From contig JAFRLW010000028.1 in assembly GCA_017431035.1 (NCBI GenBank), positions 71,823 to 135,822 on the forward strand: DNA of 64,000 bases, read 5' to 3'. Every line of letters begins with the position of its first letter. Position 1 is the stretch's first letter. The notes under the pieces were generated by a model. That model ran no database searches, was not told the origin of the DNA, and was given only the letters and a program-made list of their open reading frames with translations. This DNA comes from Clostridia bacterium. GTDB lineage: Bacteria; Bacillota; Clostridia; Oscillospirales; Acutalibacteraceae. Positions 17,934 through 29,677 of this stretch are shown piece by piece. Both the position numbers and the translations under genes were made by a program.

Positions 17934-20051
17934 TTACAGTAAACTAAAGTTTACAACTATTGCCGCAAATACAATGGAAACCATTGAAAGCAGTTTGATA
18001 AGAATGTTGATAGCCGGTCCCGAAGTATCCTTGAAAGGATCGCCTACGGTATCGCCTACAACGGCTGCTTTGTGATTATCGCTGCCTTTGCCGCCGAAGT
18101 TTCCTGCCTCGATATACTTTTTAGCGTTATCCCAAGCACCGCCTGAGTTAGACATAAATATCGCAATAAGGAAGCCTGAAGCGGTAGCGCCGGCAAGAAG
18201 TCCCACAACCGACTGATAGCCGAGAATTAATCCTACAACGATAGGAACAACAACGGCGATAATGGTGGGAAGTACCATCTCACGAAGAGAAGCCTTTGTA
18301 CAAAGGTCTACGCAGGTTGCATAATCGGGGTCGGTTTCGCCCTCCATAATGCCCTTTATCTCTTTGAACTGACGGCGAACCTCTTTAACTACCGACTGAG
18401 CGGCTTTACCAACCGATTCCATAGTGAGCGCCGCAAATACGAAAGGCAAGCAAGCGCCGATAAATAAACCTATAAGTACCTTCGGGTTCATAAGGTTAAA
18501 TACTGTTTCAACTTCTTTTCCTGCTTTGGCGGCTATTTCTTCAACCTTGTTGATATAAGAAGCCATAAGAGCAAGAGCGGTAAGAGCGGCAGAGCCTATC
18601 GCAAAACCTTTTCCGGTTGCGGCAGTGGTGTTTCCAAGTGAGTCAAGAGCGTCTGTTCTGGTACGAACCTTCTCGTCAAGTCCTGCCATTTCGGCAATAC
18701 CGCCGGCATTATCTGCAACAGGGCCGTATGCGTCGGTCGCAAGTGTGATACCGAGTGTTGAAAGCATACCTACTGCGGCAAGAGCAATACCGTAAAGTCC
18801 GTCATTGATATTAGCCGAAGAAATCTTAAAGCCGTTAGGCGCAAAGTATGCAACAAGAATACAAGCCGCAACAATTACTATCGGGAGAGCAGTTGAAAGC
18901 ATACCAAGACCCAAACCGCCTATAATAATGGTGGCAGAGCCTGTCTCCGATTTGCCTGCAAGTTTTCTTGTGGGCTTATATGAGTCGGAGGTATAGTATT
19001 CGGTAGCTCGTCCAATAAGCACGCCGGCTAAAAGTCCGGCTAAAATTGCGAAATAATAACCTACTTTTGAAAAGTCGTTTATTTTTCCTGCAAGGCAGAT
19101 ATTAACAAGCGGAAGTGAAATAACCGCAATTGCAATAGCCGCAAAGTTTGTACCACGTGACAAACTGCCGAGCAGTTGTTTTTGACTTGCATTTTCTTTG
19201 GTTCTTACAAAGAAAGTACCGATAAGTGAGCACAAAATACCTATAGCCGCCATAATCATCGGAAGCGCCATAGCGTTAAAGCCGTTGAAAGCCGCAACGC
19301 CGAGTGCGCAGGCGGAAATAATAGAGCCTACGTATGACTCATAAAGGTCAGCGCCCATACCTGCAACGTCGCCAACGTTATCGCCAACGTTATCGGCAAT
19401 AACGGCAGGGTTACGGGGGTCATCCTCAGGGATGCCGGCTTCAACCTTACCAACAAGGTCGGCGCCAACGTCAGCCGCTTTTGTGAAAGTACCGCCGCCG
19501 ACACGGGCAAATAGCGCCATTGAAGAAGCACCCATACCAAATGTAAGCATAGCGGATGTGATAGCGCCTGCGTCAAGTTTGAATACGTATCTTAAAAGGG
19601 TGTACCAAATCGAAATATCAAGAAGACCAAGTCCTACAACGGTGAAGCCCATAACCGAGCCGGCACCAAAAGCAACTCTGAGTCCTTTGTTAAGACCTTC
19701 GATACAAGCGTTTGCCGTTCTCGCATTTGAAGAGGTTGCGATAGTCATTCCGATAAAGCCGGAAAGCGCCGAAAAAACGCCGCCCGTAAGGAAAGCAAAC
19801 GGTACAAACCAGGTAAGGCTGCCGGTTGCCGCCATTACGCAAAGTATGACGAACATCACCGCAAAAAATACGGCAACAACGGTATACTGGCGCTTAAGAT
19901 ATGCTTTTGCACCCTTTTTAATGGAAGCCGAAATTTTTTTCATTTTGTCGGTTCCTTCGGGGAACTTAAGCACTTTTGCTGCCGTTAAAGCCGCAAATAA
20001 AAGTGCCGCAATAGCGCCTACGAAGGTAAAAATAACTATGTATTTTTCCAT
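17934..20051 (-). CDS. hppA: membrane-bound ion-translocating pyrophosphatase
   Basis: 705 aa and polytopic. GGG(T/I)[25 protein letters not shown] and [15 protein letters not shown] are diagnostic M-PPase motifs. Confidence 0.92.
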   Translation of the reverse strand: MEKYIVIFTFVGAIAALLFAALTAAKVLKFPEGTDKMKKISASIKKGAKAYLKRQYTVVAVFFAVMFVILCVMAATGSLTWFVPFAFLTGGVFSALSGFIGMTIATSSNARTANACIEGLNKGLRVAFGAGSVMGFTVVGLGLLDISIWYTLLRYVFKLDAGAITSAMLTFGMGASSMALFARVGGGTFTKAADVGADLVGKVEAGIPEDDPRNPAVIADNVGDNVGDVAGMGADLYESYVGSIISACALGVAAFNGFNAMALPMIMAAIGILCSLIGTFFVRTKENASQKQLLGSLSRGTNFAAIAIAVISLPLVNICLAGKINDFSKVGYYFAILAGLLAGVLIGRATEYYTSDSYKPTRKLAGKSETGSATIIIGGLGLGMLSTALPIVIVAACILVAYFAPNGFKISSANINDGLYGIALAAVGMLSTLGITLATDAYGPVADNAGGIAEMAGLDEKVRTRTDALDSLGNTTAATGKGFAIGSAALTALALMASYINKVEEIAAKAGKEVETVFNLMNPKVLIGLFIGACLPFVFAALTMESVGKAAQSVVKEVRRQFKEIKGIMEGETDPDYATCVDLCTKASLREMVLPTIIAVVVPIVVGLILGYQSVVGLLAGATASGFLIAIFMSNSGGAWDNAKKYIEAGNFGGKGSDNHKAAVVGDTVGDPFKDTSGPAINILIKLLSMVSIVFAAIVVNFSLL

Positions 20052-20111
20052 TCCTACATCTCCTAAACATTTTAGTTATAAATACGGTTTTTACCGTAAT
20101 ATAGTAAAACT

Positions 20112-20140
20112 ATTATACTTATCTGACTTTAGATTGTCAA
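20112..20140 (-). promoter_or_regulatory. sigma-A promoter of hppA
   Basis: Minus strand: TTGACA (20140..20135), 17-nt spacer, TATAAT (20117..20112). Confidence 0.6.
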
Positions 20141-20214
20141 GAAAATAAGAAGATAATTTCTTTATAAAAATCATACAAAAATTGTCGATTTTTTAGAATT
20201 GCATAACGCTGTGA

Positions 20215-20517
20215 TTATACCTCAAAGTCCATACAAGTTCTAACTTTTGTAAAGGGGCGTACCTTGTTATCGGCAACAGAAACGTGAAGCGGATGTGTAG
20301 CATAGCCTTTAAGCGCCTTTTCGTCTGTAAACTCGCTATAAAGCATAACGTCGGCGTTTGAGGTTGAAAGCGGATCGATATATACCTTTATATCAATCAG
20401 ACCGTCAATTTTGCCCTTTAATCCCTCAAGCCCTCTTTTTATGCCGCTTTTTACTGCGGCTTTCTTTATATCGGGCAAATCGTCGTTTAACTGCCAAAGA
20501 ATAACGTGCTTAACCAT
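20215..20517 (-). CDS. Dabb (stress-responsive alpha/beta barrel) domain protein
   Basis: 100 aa. The MVKHVILWQL start and HPLHV motif are typical of Dabb. Confidence 0.8.
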   Translation of the reverse strand: MVKHVILWQLNDDLPDIKKAAVKSGIKRGLEGLKGKIDGLIDIKVYIDPLSTSNADVMLYSEFTDEKALKGYATHPLHVSVADNKVRPFTKVRTCMDFEV

Positions 20518-20544
20518 ATTTATTCTCCTTTTATTTTAATGCAA

Positions 20545-20581
20545 AACCGAAACAGACATAAAGCCTGTTTCGGTTTTTTTG
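20545..20581. terminator. hairpin terminator downstream of rpoC
   Basis: 11-bp stem AACCGAAACAG/CTGTTTCGGTT. There is a strong T-run on the plus side and a weaker one (TTTTGCATT) on the minus side. Confidence 0.65.
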
Positions 20582-20584
20582 ATA

Positions 20585-23500
20585 TTAGTTATTGTCGATA
20601 GACTTTTTACCTGTACCTGCAGGTATAAGTTGACCGATGATAACATTTTCTTTAAGTCCACGCAAATCATCTTTCTTGCCGTGGATAGCCGCCTCGGTAA
20701 GAACACGGGTGGTTTCCTGGAAGGAAGCCGCCGACATAAATGACTCGGTCGCAAGAGAAGCCTTTGTTATACCAAGCAAGGTTGCTTCGTAGGTGGCTTT
20801 CTTAAGTCCCTCTTCGCCTGCGTCAATACGTCTTTGTATCTCGGCGTTAGCGTCGGCAATTTCTTTATACTCGTGTTTTGTACCCTGGATAAGTTCGGTA
20901 GAGCCCGAATCGGTAATTCTGAGGTTCTTCATCATCTGACGAATAATAATCTCAATGTGCTTATCGTTGATATCAACACCCTGTGTACGATAAGCGTTCT
21001 GGATTTCGGCGATAATGTATTCCTCAACCGCACGGGGTCCCTGCGCCTCTAATATATCCTGAGGATATTTAGCGCCCGGAACAAGCAAATCACCCGGCTC
21101 AACGTGGTCGCCTGTGGCAACGTTTTCTCTTGAGCCGTAAGGAATATTGATTTTCTCAATCTCCTTAGTTTCGGGATTTTCTATGATAATAACTTTGCTC
21201 TTTCTCTCTTCCTCAATACGAACAGTACCACCGATTTTGGCGATAAGACCGCAACGTTTAGGTCTTCTTGCCTCAAAGAGTTCTTCAACACGGGGAAGAC
21301 CCTGTGTAATATCTTCGGTAGAAGCGATACCACCGGTATGGAAGGTACGCATCGTAAGCTGGGTACCCGGCTCACCTATCGACTGCGCCGCAACTATTCC
21401 GACAGCCTCGCCGACGGTAACGGGTTTATTGGTAGCAAGGTTTACACCATAGCATTTTTTACATACGCCACGGTGACTGTGACAAGTAAGGTTTGAACGG
21501 ATTTCAATTTCCTTAATGCCGGCGTCAACAATTCTCTTGGCGTCTTCTTTGGTCATTATGTGGTCATTATCACAAATAACCTCGCCCGTTTCGGGATTAA
21601 CAGCAGGATGAAGAAGATATCTGCCTACAAGTCTTTCTTCTAATTTCTCAAGAACGTGATTTCCGTCTTTGATATCGGATACAAGAAGTCCCTCTTCGGT
21701 TCCGCAGTCGTCCTCACGAACGATAACGTCCTGAGCAACGTCAACAAGTCTTCTTGTAAGATAACCTGAGTCGGCGGTACGAAGCGCCGTATCGGCAAGT
21801 CCTTTACGGGCACCACGTGAGGAAATAAAGTACTCAAGTACGTTAAGTCCTTCACGGTAGTTAGCACGGATAGGAACTTCGATAACTTTACCGGCGGTGT
21901 TGGCAATAAGTCCACGCATACCGGCAAGCTGTCTGATCTGGCTCATAGAACCACGTGCGCCTGAGTCCGCCATCATATAGATCGGGTTGAACTCATCAAG
22001 GTTGCCGGTAAGTGCTTTAGCAACCTGCTCGGTGGCTTCGTTCCAAATCTCGATTACCTGAGCGCTTCTCTCATTGTTGCTGATCATACCACGACGGTAG
22101 AACTTAACAACTTTATCTATCTTGGCTTCAGCATCGGCGATAATATCCTTTTTAGCCTCAGGGATAACCGCATCGATAACCGCAACGGTTATAGCGCCCT
22201 TGGTAGAATACTTAAAGCCGGTCGCCTTAATATTGTCAAGCACTTCGGAAGATTTTGTAGTTCCGTGTTTATCAATACATTTCTCAATGATAACACCGAG
22301 TTGCTTCTTGCCTACCTTATTCTGAATAATATCTTCAGCCGAGGTAACGGCAGAGGCTTTCGGGTCTTTAAGGGAGAAACTCCACTCAAGTTTAAGTTTA
22401 TCTTCGGGATTTGTTCTGTCGATAAAGCCTAAATCCTGCGGAAGCGACTCATTGAAGATTATAAAGCCTACGGTACACCATACAAGACCTGAGTTGCCCT
22501 CATTATCGGTCATACGAACACGGATAGGAGCGTGAAGTCCGATGATGCCGTCGCTATAAGCCATAATCGCTTCGTTTTTATCACGGAACACCTTGTTTGT
22601 GCCGTTTTCATCGGGTTTAACAAGGGTGAGGTAATAAGAACCAAGTACCATATCCTGAGTAGGAACGGCAACGGGTTTACCGTCAGAGGGTTTAAGCAGG
22701 TTGTTTGCCGCAAGCATCAAAAATCTTGCTTCGGCCTGCGCCTCAGCGGAAAGCGGTATATGGATAGCCATTTGGTCGCCGTCGAAGTCGGCGTTGTATG
22801 CGGTACAAACAAGAGGATGAAGTTTGAGCGCTTTACCCTCAACAAGTACCGGCTCAAATGCCTGAATACCGAGTCTGTGAAGTGTAGGCGCACGGTTAAG
22901 AAGTACCGGATGCTCTTTGATTACAAGTTCAAGTGCATCCCAAAACTCTCCCTGCGCACGTTCAACCATTTTTCTCGCAGTCTTTATGTTGATAACCGCT
23001 TTGGTTTCAACAAGACGTTTCATAACAAACGGTTTGAAGAGTTCAAGCGCCATTTCTTTCGGAACACCGCATTGATACATCTTGAGTTCAGGACCTACAA
23101 CGATAACCGAACGTCCCGAATAGTCAACACGTTTACCGAGAAGGTTTTGACGGAAACGTCCCTGCTTACCTTTAAGCATATCGGAAAGCGATTTAAGCGC
23201 ACGGTTGTTAGGACCGGTTACGGGTTTGCCACGTCTGCCGTTGTCGATAAGGGCGTCAACCGCCTCTTGAAGCATACGCTTTTCGTTTCTGACAATTATA
23301 TCAGGCGCACCGAGTTCCAAAAGTCTTTTAAGACGATTGTTACGGTTGATAACTCTTCTGTAAAGGTCGTTAAGGTCGCTTGTGGCAAATCTGCCGCCGT
23401 CAAGTTGTACCATAGGACGAAGATCGGGCGGAATTACCGGAATAACGTCAAGTATCATCCACTCGGGACGGTTGCCTGACTGACGGAACGCCTCCAAAAC

Positions 23501-24136
23501 CTCAAGCCTTTTGAGTATTCTTGTGCGTTTTTGTCCGTTGGAGTTTTCAAGTTCCTCACGGAGTTCTTCACAAGTTTTTTCAAGGTCAATTTCGCAAAGG
23601 AGTTTTTTGATAGCCTCTGCGCCCATTCCCGCCTCGAAGTCGTCTTCATACTTCTCACGCATTTCGCTATACTGCTTCTCGGTGAGCAACTGCTTCTTTT
23701 CAAGCGGTGTGTCGCCGGGGTCGGTAACAATATACTGTGAGAAATAGAGTACGTGTTCAAGCGCTTTTATTGAAATATCAAGCACAAGACCCATTCTTGA
23801 CGGAATGGTTTTGAAATACCAAATATGAGAAACCGGGGCGGCAAGTTCTATTGTGCCCATACGCTCACGGCGTACTTTGGCACGGGTGATTTCAACGCCG
23901 CAGCGCTCACATATTTTTCCTTTGTAACGTATTCTTTTATACTTTCCGCAGTGGCATTCCCAGTCCTTTGTAGGTCCGAAAATACGCTCGCAGAACAGTC
24001 CGCCCGGTTCGGGCTTTAAGGTACGATAGTTTATTGTCTCGGGTTTTGTAACCTCACCATAAGACCAACTTCTGATTTTTTCCGGAGAAGAAAGTCCTAT
24101 TTTTATTGATTGAAAATCGAGTTCATTATCAGCCAT
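20585..24136 (-). CDS. rpoC: DNA-directed RNA polymerase beta-prime subunit
   Basis: NADFDGDQM catalytic motif, a zinc-binding CHCGKY...CERCGVE and full-length collinearity with RpoC. GGAGGG RBS. Confidence 0.97.
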   Translation of the reverse strand: MADNELDFQSIKIGLSSPEKIRSWSYGEVTKPETINYRTLKPEPGGLFCERIFGPTKDWECHCGKYKRIRYKGKICERCGVEITRAKVRRERMGTIELAAPVSHIWYFKTIPSRMGLVLDISIKALEHVLYFSQYIVTDPGDTPLEKKQLLTEKQYSEMREKYEDDFEAGMGAEAIKKLLCEIDLEKTCEELREELENSNGQKRTRILKRLEVLEAFRQSGNRPEWMILDVIPVIPPDLRPMVQLDGGRFATSDLNDLYRRVINRNNRLKRLLELGAPDIIVRNEKRMLQEAVDALIDNGRRGKPVTGPNNRALKSLSDMLKGKQGRFRQNLLGKRVDYSGRSVIVVGPELKMYQCGVPKEMALELFKPFVMKRLVETKAVINIKTARKMVERAQGEFWDALELVIKEHPVLLNRAPTLHRLGIQAFEPVLVEGKALKLHPLVCTAYNADFDGDQMAIHIPLSAEAQAEARFLMLAANNLLKPSDGKPVAVPTQDMVLGSYYLTLVKPDENGTNKVFRDKNEAIMAYSDGIIGLHAPIRVRMTDNEGNSGLVWCTVGFIIFNESLPQDLGFIDRTNPEDKLKLEWSFSLKDPKASAVTSAEDIIQNKVGKKQLGVIIEKCIDKHGTTKSSEVLDNIKATGFKYSTKGAITVAVIDAVIPEAKKDIIADAEAKIDKVVKFYRRGMISNNERSAQVIEIWNEATEQVAKALTGNLDEFNPIYMMADSGARGSMSQIRQLAGMRGLIANTAGKVIEVPIRANYREGLNVLEYFISSRGARKGLADTALRTADSGYLTRRLVDVAQDVIVREDDCGTEEGLLVSDIKDGNHVLEKLEERLVGRYLLHPAVNPETGEVICDNDHIMTKEDAKRIVDAGIKEIEIRSNLTCHSHRGVCKKCYGVNLATNKPVTVGEAVGIVAAQSIGEPGTQLTMRTFHTGGIASTEDITQGLPRVEELFEARRPKRCGLIAKIGGTVRIEEERKSKVIIIENPETKEIEKINIPYGSRENVATGDHVEPGDLLVPGAKYPQDILEAQGPRAVEEYIIAEIQNAYRTQGVDINDKHIEIIIRQMMKNLRITDSGSTELIQGTKHEYKEIADANAEIQRRIDAGEEGLKKATYEATLLGITKASLATESFMSAASFQETTRVLTEAAIHGKKDDLRGLKENVIIGQLIPAGTGKKSIDNN

Positions 24137-24152
24137 TTACTTTCCCTCCTGA

Positions 24153-27100
24153 TTATTCGTTTTCTGTTACGATTTCGTTGCCGTTTTCATCCTGTAAACC
24201 AAAGCCCTCTTCGGCAAGTTCGCCATCTACAAGACGGTTCTCACCGAGTTCGGAAGCGATTTGCTCGGCTTCGTCTTTAGCGCTTGAAGAATTAAAACCA
24301 ACGTCATCATCTTCGTCAAACTTTTGTTTTAAGTCAATCTCATCACCGTAACTGTCAAGAACGCTGACATCAAGTGACAAAGATTGCAATTCTTTAATAA
24401 GTACCCTGAACGATTCCGGTATGCCGGCTTTTGGAACATTTTGTCCCTTAACTATCGCCTCATAGGTCTTAACACGGCCGACAATATCATCCGACTTAAC
24501 AGTGAGTATCTCCTGCAATGTGTATGCCGCACCGTATGCCTCAAGCGCCCAAACTTCCATCTCACCGAAACGCTGACCGCCGAACTGAGCTTTACCGCCG
24601 AGGGGCTGTTGAGTAACGAGTGAGTACGGACCGGTTGAACGGGCGTGTATTTTATCATCAACAAGGTGATGCAGTTTGAGGTAGTACATATAACCAACGG
24701 TTACACGGTTATCGAACGGCTCACCCGTTCTTCCGTCATAAAGTTGGATTTTACCGTCTTCGGGCAAACCTGCCATCTTGAAGCACTCTCTGATATCAGA
24801 CTCGTGCGCACCGTCAAATACCGGTGTGGCTATCTTCCAGCCGAGCGCTTTAGCGGCGTAACCGAGGTGAACTTCAAGAACCTGTCCGATGTTCATACGG
24901 GAAGGAACGCCCAAGGGGTTAAGAACTATATCAAGCGGAGTACCGTCGGGTAAGAAAGGCATATCCTCGCTCGGTAAAATGCGGGATACAACACCCTTAT
25001 TACCGTGACGACCCGCCATTTTATCGCCGACGGAAATCTTACGTTTTTGCGCGATATAACAACGAACAACAACGTTTACTCCGGGGCTTAACTCGGAAGA
25101 GTTTTCACGGTTGAATACTTTAACGTCAACTATTGTACCGTATTCGCCATGCGGAACACGAAGAGAAGTATCTCTGACCTCTCTCGCCTTTTCGCCGAAT
25201 ATGGCACGGAGGAGTCTTTCCTCAGCGGTAAGTTCGGTTTCACCCTTAGGTGTAACTTTACCTACAAGGATATCGCCCGATTTAACCTCTGCGCCGACAC
25301 GGATAATACCACGTTCGTCAAGGTCTTTAAGGGCGTCTTCACCAACGTTCGGAATATCTCTTGTAATCTCTTCGGGTCCGAGTTTGGTATCTCTCGATTC
25401 CATTTCATATTCTTCAATATGAATAGAGGTATAAACATCATCACGAACAAGACGTTCGTTAAGCAAAACGGCGTCCTCGTAGTTATAACCCTCCCAGGTC
25501 ATAAAGCCGATAAGGGCGTTTCTGCCGAGTGAAATCTCGCCGTTGCTGGTGGCAGGGCCGTCAGCGATAACGTCTTTTTCATTTACCTTTTCGCCTACTG
25601 AAACAATAGGTTTCTGGTTGATACAAGTGCCGTGGTTGGAACGCAGGAACTTGATAAGTTTATACTCGTCAATCTCGCCGCCTTTGGCACGTATCTTTAT
25701 TGTATCGGCACTGACGTAAATAACAGTACCGGCACGTTTTGCAAGAACTACAACGCCCGAGTCAACAGCCGCTTTGTACTCCATACCGGTAGCAACAATC
25801 GGGTTTTCGGGTTTAAGTAGCGGAACAGCCTGCTTCTGCATGTTAGAGCCCATGAGCGCACGGTTGGTATCGTCGTTCTCAAGGAAGGGTATCATAGCGG
25901 TTGCTACGGATACAACCATCTTAGGCGAAACGTCCATAAAGTCGGCTTGTGAAGACTCTATCTCCTGGAACTCGTCACGGAAACGAACAGTAACCTTTTC
26001 ACGAACGAAATGTCCCTCTTCATCAAGCGGCTCGTTCGCCTGTGCTACGTAATAATCATCCTCTTCATCCGCCGTCATATAAACAACGTCGGATAAAACA
26101 CGGCCGGTCTTTTTATCAACCCTGCGGAACGGGGTTTCTATAAAGCCGTATTTGTTTATACGGGCATAGGTAGCAAGATAGGATATAAGACCGATGTTAG
26201 GACCTTCAGGAGTTTCGATAGGACACATACGACCATAGTGGGTGTAGTGAACGTCACGAACCTCAAACGACGCACGGTCTCTTGAAAGACCGCCGGGTCC
26301 GAGCGCTGACAAACGACGCTTATGAGTAAGTTCGGAAAGCGGGTTTGTCTGGTCCATAAACTGTGACAGCGGAGAGGAGCCGAAGAACTCTTTTATCGCC
26401 GCTACAACAGGACGAATATTTATAAGTGATTGGGGAGTGATGGTCTCGGCGTCTTGTGACTGGAGAGTCATCTTTTCACGAACAACCCTCTCCATACGGG
26501 AAATACCTATACGGAACTGGTTTTGTAAAAGTTCGCCTACGCTTCTTATACGGCGGTTGCCGAGGTGGTCAATATCGTCAACACTGCCCACTTCATAAGG
26601 CAGTCCGAGGAAATAGTTGACACCGGCAAAAATATCCTCACGTGTGATGTGGTTAGGTATAAGAGCGTGTACGCTTTCAATAAGCGCATTTTTAATATCT
26701 TCTTTTGACTTGTTCTCTTCCAAAATCTCTTTTAAGATATCGAAAGAAACCTTTTCGTTAACCCCTGCCTTATCAAGTTCGATAAGGTCCTTTTCATCAA
26801 AGTCAACAAAGCCGGACAAATCAACCATCCTGTTTGTAAGGATTTTGATTTCTCTCTCTTTGCCCTCGGGGTCAACAACCTTGATATATGCCTCGCTAAC
26901 GCCCTTTTCCTCAAGTTTGTCCGCCATTTCACGTGTAACGGTGGTATCCGGCTCGGCAAGTATTTCACCGGTCATGGGGTCAATTACCGGACGGGATAGT
27001 ACCTTTCCGCGAAGACGTGGGCTAAGCGATAATTTTTTGTTGTATTTATATCTTCCGACACGTGACAAATCATATCTGTGAGTATCAAAGAACAACTGAT

Positions 27101-27884
27101 AAAGATAGGTCTTTGCACCCTCGATAGTGACAGGCTCGCTCGGACGGAGTTTTTTATAAACCTCTATTAGTGCATCCTCGGTGTTTTTGGTCTCGTCTGC
27201 TTCAAGAGTTATGGCGAGACGCTCCTCATCACCGAGAAGTTCACGTATTTGCTGATTTGAAGAAATATCAAGCGCACGCACAAGTTGAGTAAGCGGTATT
27301 TTTTTGTTTTTATCTATACGAACGTAGAGAACGTCGTTCATACCGGTCTCAAACTCAAGCCAAGCACCACGGTTTGGTATTATCTGAGAAGCATAAAGGA
27401 TTTTACCTGTTCTTTCGTCCCTTTTCTCATCATCAAAATAAGCGCCGGGGGAACGAACAAGTTGTGATATAACGGCACGCTCAGCACCGTTGATTACAAA
27501 TGTACCCGACTCGGTCATAAGCGGGAAATCGCCCATAAATACTTCGCTTTCTTTTATCTCGCCCGTTTCCTTGTTGAAAAGACGAGCGGTAACACGAAGC
27601 GGAGCAGCATAGGTCGTATCACGTGCTTTGCACTCGGTAACGTCATACTTAGGCGGCTCATTAAGGCGATAATCAATAAATCTGAGTTCCAGATTACCGC
27701 TATAGTCGGTAATGGAGGTCATATCTTTGAATACCTCCATAAGTCCCTCTTCGACAAACCACCTGTATGAGTCCTTTTGTATTTCAATAAGGTTAGGCAT
27801 ATCGATAACCTCATTGATTTTTGAGAAGGTCATACGAGTGTTTTTACCCATCTGAACCGGCTTTACCATTGCTGATTTCTTCAT
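24153..27884 (-). CDS. rpoB: DNA-directed RNA polymerase beta subunit
   Basis: Typical RpoB throughout ([32 protein letters not shown]). I chose the start at ATG 27884 ([13 protein letters not shown]) with GGGAGTG upstream. The ORF-track extension to 28094 runs through the promoter and the spoIIID terminator. Confidence 0.95.
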   Translation of the reverse strand: MKKSAMVKPVQMGKNTRMTFSKINEVIDMPNLIEIQKDSYRWFVEEGLMEVFKDMTSITDYSGNLELRFIDYRLNEPPKYDVTECKARDTTYAAPLRVTARLFNKETGEIKESEVFMGDFPLMTESGTFVINGAERAVISQLVRSPGAYFDDEKRDERTGKILYASQIIPNRGAWLEFETGMNDVLYVRIDKNKKIPLTQLVRALDISSNQQIRELLGDEERLAITLEADETKNTEDALIEVYKKLRPSEPVTIEGAKTYLYQLFFDTHRYDLSRVGRYKYNKKLSLSPRLRGKVLSRPVIDPMTGEILAEPDTTVTREMADKLEEKGVSEAYIKVVDPEGKEREIKILTNRMVDLSGFVDFDEKDLIELDKAGVNEKVSFDILKEILEENKSKEDIKNALIESVHALIPNHITREDIFAGVNYFLGLPYEVGSVDDIDHLGNRRIRSVGELLQNQFRIGISRMERVVREKMTLQSQDAETITPQSLINIRPVVAAIKEFFGSSPLSQFMDQTNPLSELTHKRRLSALGPGGLSRDRASFEVRDVHYTHYGRMCPIETPEGPNIGLISYLATYARINKYGFIETPFRRVDKKTGRVLSDVVYMTADEEDDYYVAQANEPLDEEGHFVREKVTVRFRDEFQEIESSQADFMDVSPKMVVSVATAMIPFLENDDTNRALMGSNMQKQAVPLLKPENPIVATGMEYKAAVDSGVVVLAKRAGTVIYVSADTIKIRAKGGEIDEYKLIKFLRSNHGTCINQKPIVSVGEKVNEKDVIADGPATSNGEISLGRNALIGFMTWEGYNYEDAVLLNERLVRDDVYTSIHIEEYEMESRDTKLGPEEITRDIPNVGEDALKDLDERGIIRVGAEVKSGDILVGKVTPKGETELTAEERLLRAIFGEKAREVRDTSLRVPHGEYGTIVDVKVFNRENSSELSPGVNVVVRCYIAQKRKISVGDKMAGRHGNKGVVSRILPSEDMPFLPDGTPLDIVLNPLGVPSRMNIGQVLEVHLGYAAKALGWKIATPVFDGAHESDIRECFKMAGLPEDGKIQLYDGRTGEPFDNRVTVGYMYYLKLHHLVDDKIHARSTGPYSLVTQQPLGGKAQFGGQRFGEMEVWALEAYGAAYTLQEILTVKSDDIVGRVKTYEAIVKGQNVPKAGIPESFRVLIKELQSLSLDVSVLDSYGDEIDLKQKFDEDDDVGFNSSSAKDEAEQIASELGENRLVDGELAEEGFGLQDENGNEIVTENE

Positions 27885-28028
27885 AGGTTTATAATCACTC
27901 CCAAAATAATTTTTTTGCCCTTTAGCAAAATGCGCAAAAGATGTAACTTTTTGTGGTATTTTGTACGCCATACGTGGACATTTTTCCAAAAAAGGCGCAA
28001 AATACCCCATCATTACTAGTAATGAGTT

Positions 28029-28057
28029 ATTATACAATAAACAAGTGGATAAGTCAA
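28029..28057 (-). promoter_or_regulatory. sigma-A promoter of rpoBC
   Basis: Minus strand: TTGACT (28057..28052), 17-nt spacer, TATAAT (28034..28029). This leaves a leader of roughly 140 nt. Confidence 0.6.
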
Positions 28058-28071
28058 GGAATATTTTAGAA

Positions 28072-28110
28072 AAAACAAAAAAATTATCCGACACTTTAGC
28101 AGTGTCGGAT
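28072..28110 (-). terminator. intrinsic terminator after spoIIID
   Basis: ATCCGACAC...GTGTCGGAT stem (28086..28110), followed on the minus strand by AUAAUUUUUUUG. Confidence 0.65.
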
Positions 28111-28147
28111 TTTTATAATTATATACTTCTTATAAATATATATATAA

Positions 28148-28396
28148 TTATATTCCTTTATATTTCTTCTTTGTTGCAAGCCCGCCTCTTATATGGCGCT
28201 CGCTTTTATTTTTTTGCAGTATTTTTTCAACCTCTTTGTATAAACTTGCATTTTCTTTTTTCAGGCGGTCGGTCACATCTTTATGTACCGTGGATTTAGA
28301 AACCCCGAAAACCTTTGCCGCCGCCCTTACCGTTGCGCCCGTTTCGGTTATATAAACGCCTAACATTTGCGCACGGTCGGTCGTATCATATTTCAT
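28148..28396 (-). CDS. spoIIID: sporulation transcriptional regulator SpoIIID
   Basis: 82 aa. ETGATVRAAAKVFGVSKSTVHKDVTDRL...ERHIRGGLATKKKY aligns by eye with B. subtilis SpoIIID. Confidence 0.9.
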   Translation of the reverse strand: MKYDTTDRAQMLGVYITETGATVRAAAKVFGVSKSTVHKDVTDRLKKENASLYKEVEKILQKNKSERHIRGGLATKKKYKGI

Positions 28397-28423
28397 ACAA
28401 TCAACTCCGTTATAGGATGTTAA

Positions 28424-28452
28424 ATTGTATGAAACGGGACACGCAAATATAC
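28424..28452 (-). promoter_or_regulatory. sigma-E-type sporulation promoter upstream of spoIIID
   Basis: Minus strand: GTATATT (28452..28446), 14 nt, CATACAAT (28431..28424). As I recall it, the published B. subtilis sigma-E consensus is kmATATT-14-CATACAhT. spoIIID is sigma-E dependent in B. subtilis. Confidence 0.6.
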
Positions 28453-28468
28453 CTTGCGTGTCCCGTTT
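28432..28468 (-). terminator. terminator hairpin at the end of the glycopolymer operon
   Basis: 15-bp stem AAACGGGACACGCAA/TTGCGTGTCCCGTTT, followed on the minus strand by TTTCATACAATTT. The sigma-E -35 element sits in its loop. Confidence 0.6.
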
Positions 28469-28471
28469 ATA

Positions 28472-29659
28472 TCAGTTTTCTTTTCTCCAAACCATTTTAT
28501 CGACAATACCTGTATAAGACTGAATAATCTTTACAACCTTTGTAGAAACGTTTTGGTCGGTATAATACGGTACGGGGATACCGTAGTCGCCGCTTTCGTT
28601 TAGCGCCACCGCCGTTTCCACCGCTTGTAAAAGTCCCTTTGTATCAATGCCCGATATTATAAAGCAGGCTTTGTCAAGCGCTTCGGGGCGCTCGGTGGAA
28701 GTTCTGATACAAACCGCCGGAAAAGGCAAACCCTTTGAAGTGTAAAAAGATGACTCCTCAGGCAAAGTTCCGCTGTCGGACACAACGGCAAATGCGTTCA
28801 TTTGAAGATTATTATAATCGTTAAAGCCGAGTGGCTCGTGCTTTATAACCCTGCGGTCAAGCTTGAAACCTGTTTGTTCTAATCTTTTAGCCGAACGTGG
28901 ATGACAGGAATAAAGTATAGGCATATCGTATTTTTCGGCAAGTTTATTGATAGCGGTGAAAAGACCGATAAAGTTCTTTTCATTATCTATATTTTCTTCC
29001 CTGTGCGCCGATAAAAGAATATACTTTTTAGGCTCTAGTTTAAGTCTATTTAGTATATCGCTTGATTTTATCTCTTCAAAGTTTCTCTCTAAAACCTCCG
29101 CCATAGGCGACCCGGTAACGTAGGTCCTCTCTTTCGGCAGTCCGCATTCGGCGAGATAGCGCCTTGCGTGTTCGGAATAGGCAAGGTTTACATCACTTAT
29201 TATATCAACAATTCGCCTGTTGGTTTCCTCCGGCAAACACTCGTCTTTGCAACGATTGCCCGCCTCCATATGAAATATCGGTATATGAAGTCTTTTAGCC
29301 GGTATTGCAGCAAGACAGGAGTTTGTATCACCAAGAAAGAGTACGGCGTCCGGCTTTATGGCGTTCATCAGTTTATAGGAACAGTTTATAATGTTTCCTA
29401 TCGTTTCTCCAAGGTCATCCCCTACTGCGTCAAGATATACGTCGGGAGCGTCAAGGTGCAAATCACCGAAGAAAACGCCGTTCAGATTGTAATCATAATT
29501 TTGACCGGTATGGGCTAAAATACAGTCAAAATATTTGCGGCATTTGTTTATAACAGCGGCAAGACGTATAATCTCAGGTCTTGTGCCTACGGTTATAAGC
29601 AGTTTGATTTTTCCGTTATTTTTGAAAGAAACGTCGCTGAAATCAGTTTTTATACTCAT
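28472..29659 (-). CDS. UDP-N-acetylglucosamine 2-epimerase, non-hydrolysing (FnlC/CapG/WbjD type)
   Basis: The 2-epimerase family sequence is collinear throughout. It is the last gene of a CapE-CapF-CapG-like trio. Confidence 0.8.
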   Translation of the reverse strand: MSIKTDFSDVSFKNNGKIKLLITVGTRPEIIRLAAVINKCRKYFDCILAHTGQNYDYNLNGVFFGDLHLDAPDVYLDAVGDDLGETIGNIINCSYKLMNAIKPDAVLFLGDTNSCLAAIPAKRLHIPIFHMEAGNRCKDECLPEETNRRIVDIISDVNLAYSEHARRYLAECGLPKERTYVTGSPMAEVLERNFEEIKSSDILNRLKLEPKKYILLSAHREENIDNEKNFIGLFTAINKLAEKYDMPILYSCHPRSAKRLEQTGFKLDRRVIKHEPLGFNDYNNLQMNAFAVVSDSGTLPEESSFYTSKGLPFPAVCIRTSTERPEALDKACFIISGIDTKGLLQAVETAVALNESGDYGIPVPYYTDQNVSTKVVKIIQSYTGIVDKMVWRKEN

Positions 29660-29677
29660 ATACTTCTCCTATAAAAA

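Noticed and set aside
22532-23479. 315-aa plus-strand ORF inside rpoC, with similar long antisense ORFs in hppA (19432..20148), pyrP (14464..14973), rpoB and the ATP-grasp gene (10927..11616)
   Set aside because: All are antisense to well-supported conserved genes. They have no start context and show shadow-frame composition.
24153-24330. Acidic ~55-aa C-terminal tail of RpoB ([11 protein letters not shown]...[11 protein letters not shown]) as a possible novelty
   Set aside because: Lineage-specific acidic C-terminal extensions of RpoB are common in Firmicutes. Without an alignment I cannot say this one is unusual.
27885-28094. 70-codon N-terminal extension of rpoB in the ORF track (start at 28094)
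   Set aside because: The extension reads through a perfect-spacing promoter (28029..28057) and into the spoIIID terminator. Conserved RpoB sequence begins only after ATG 27884, which has a GGGAGTG RBS.
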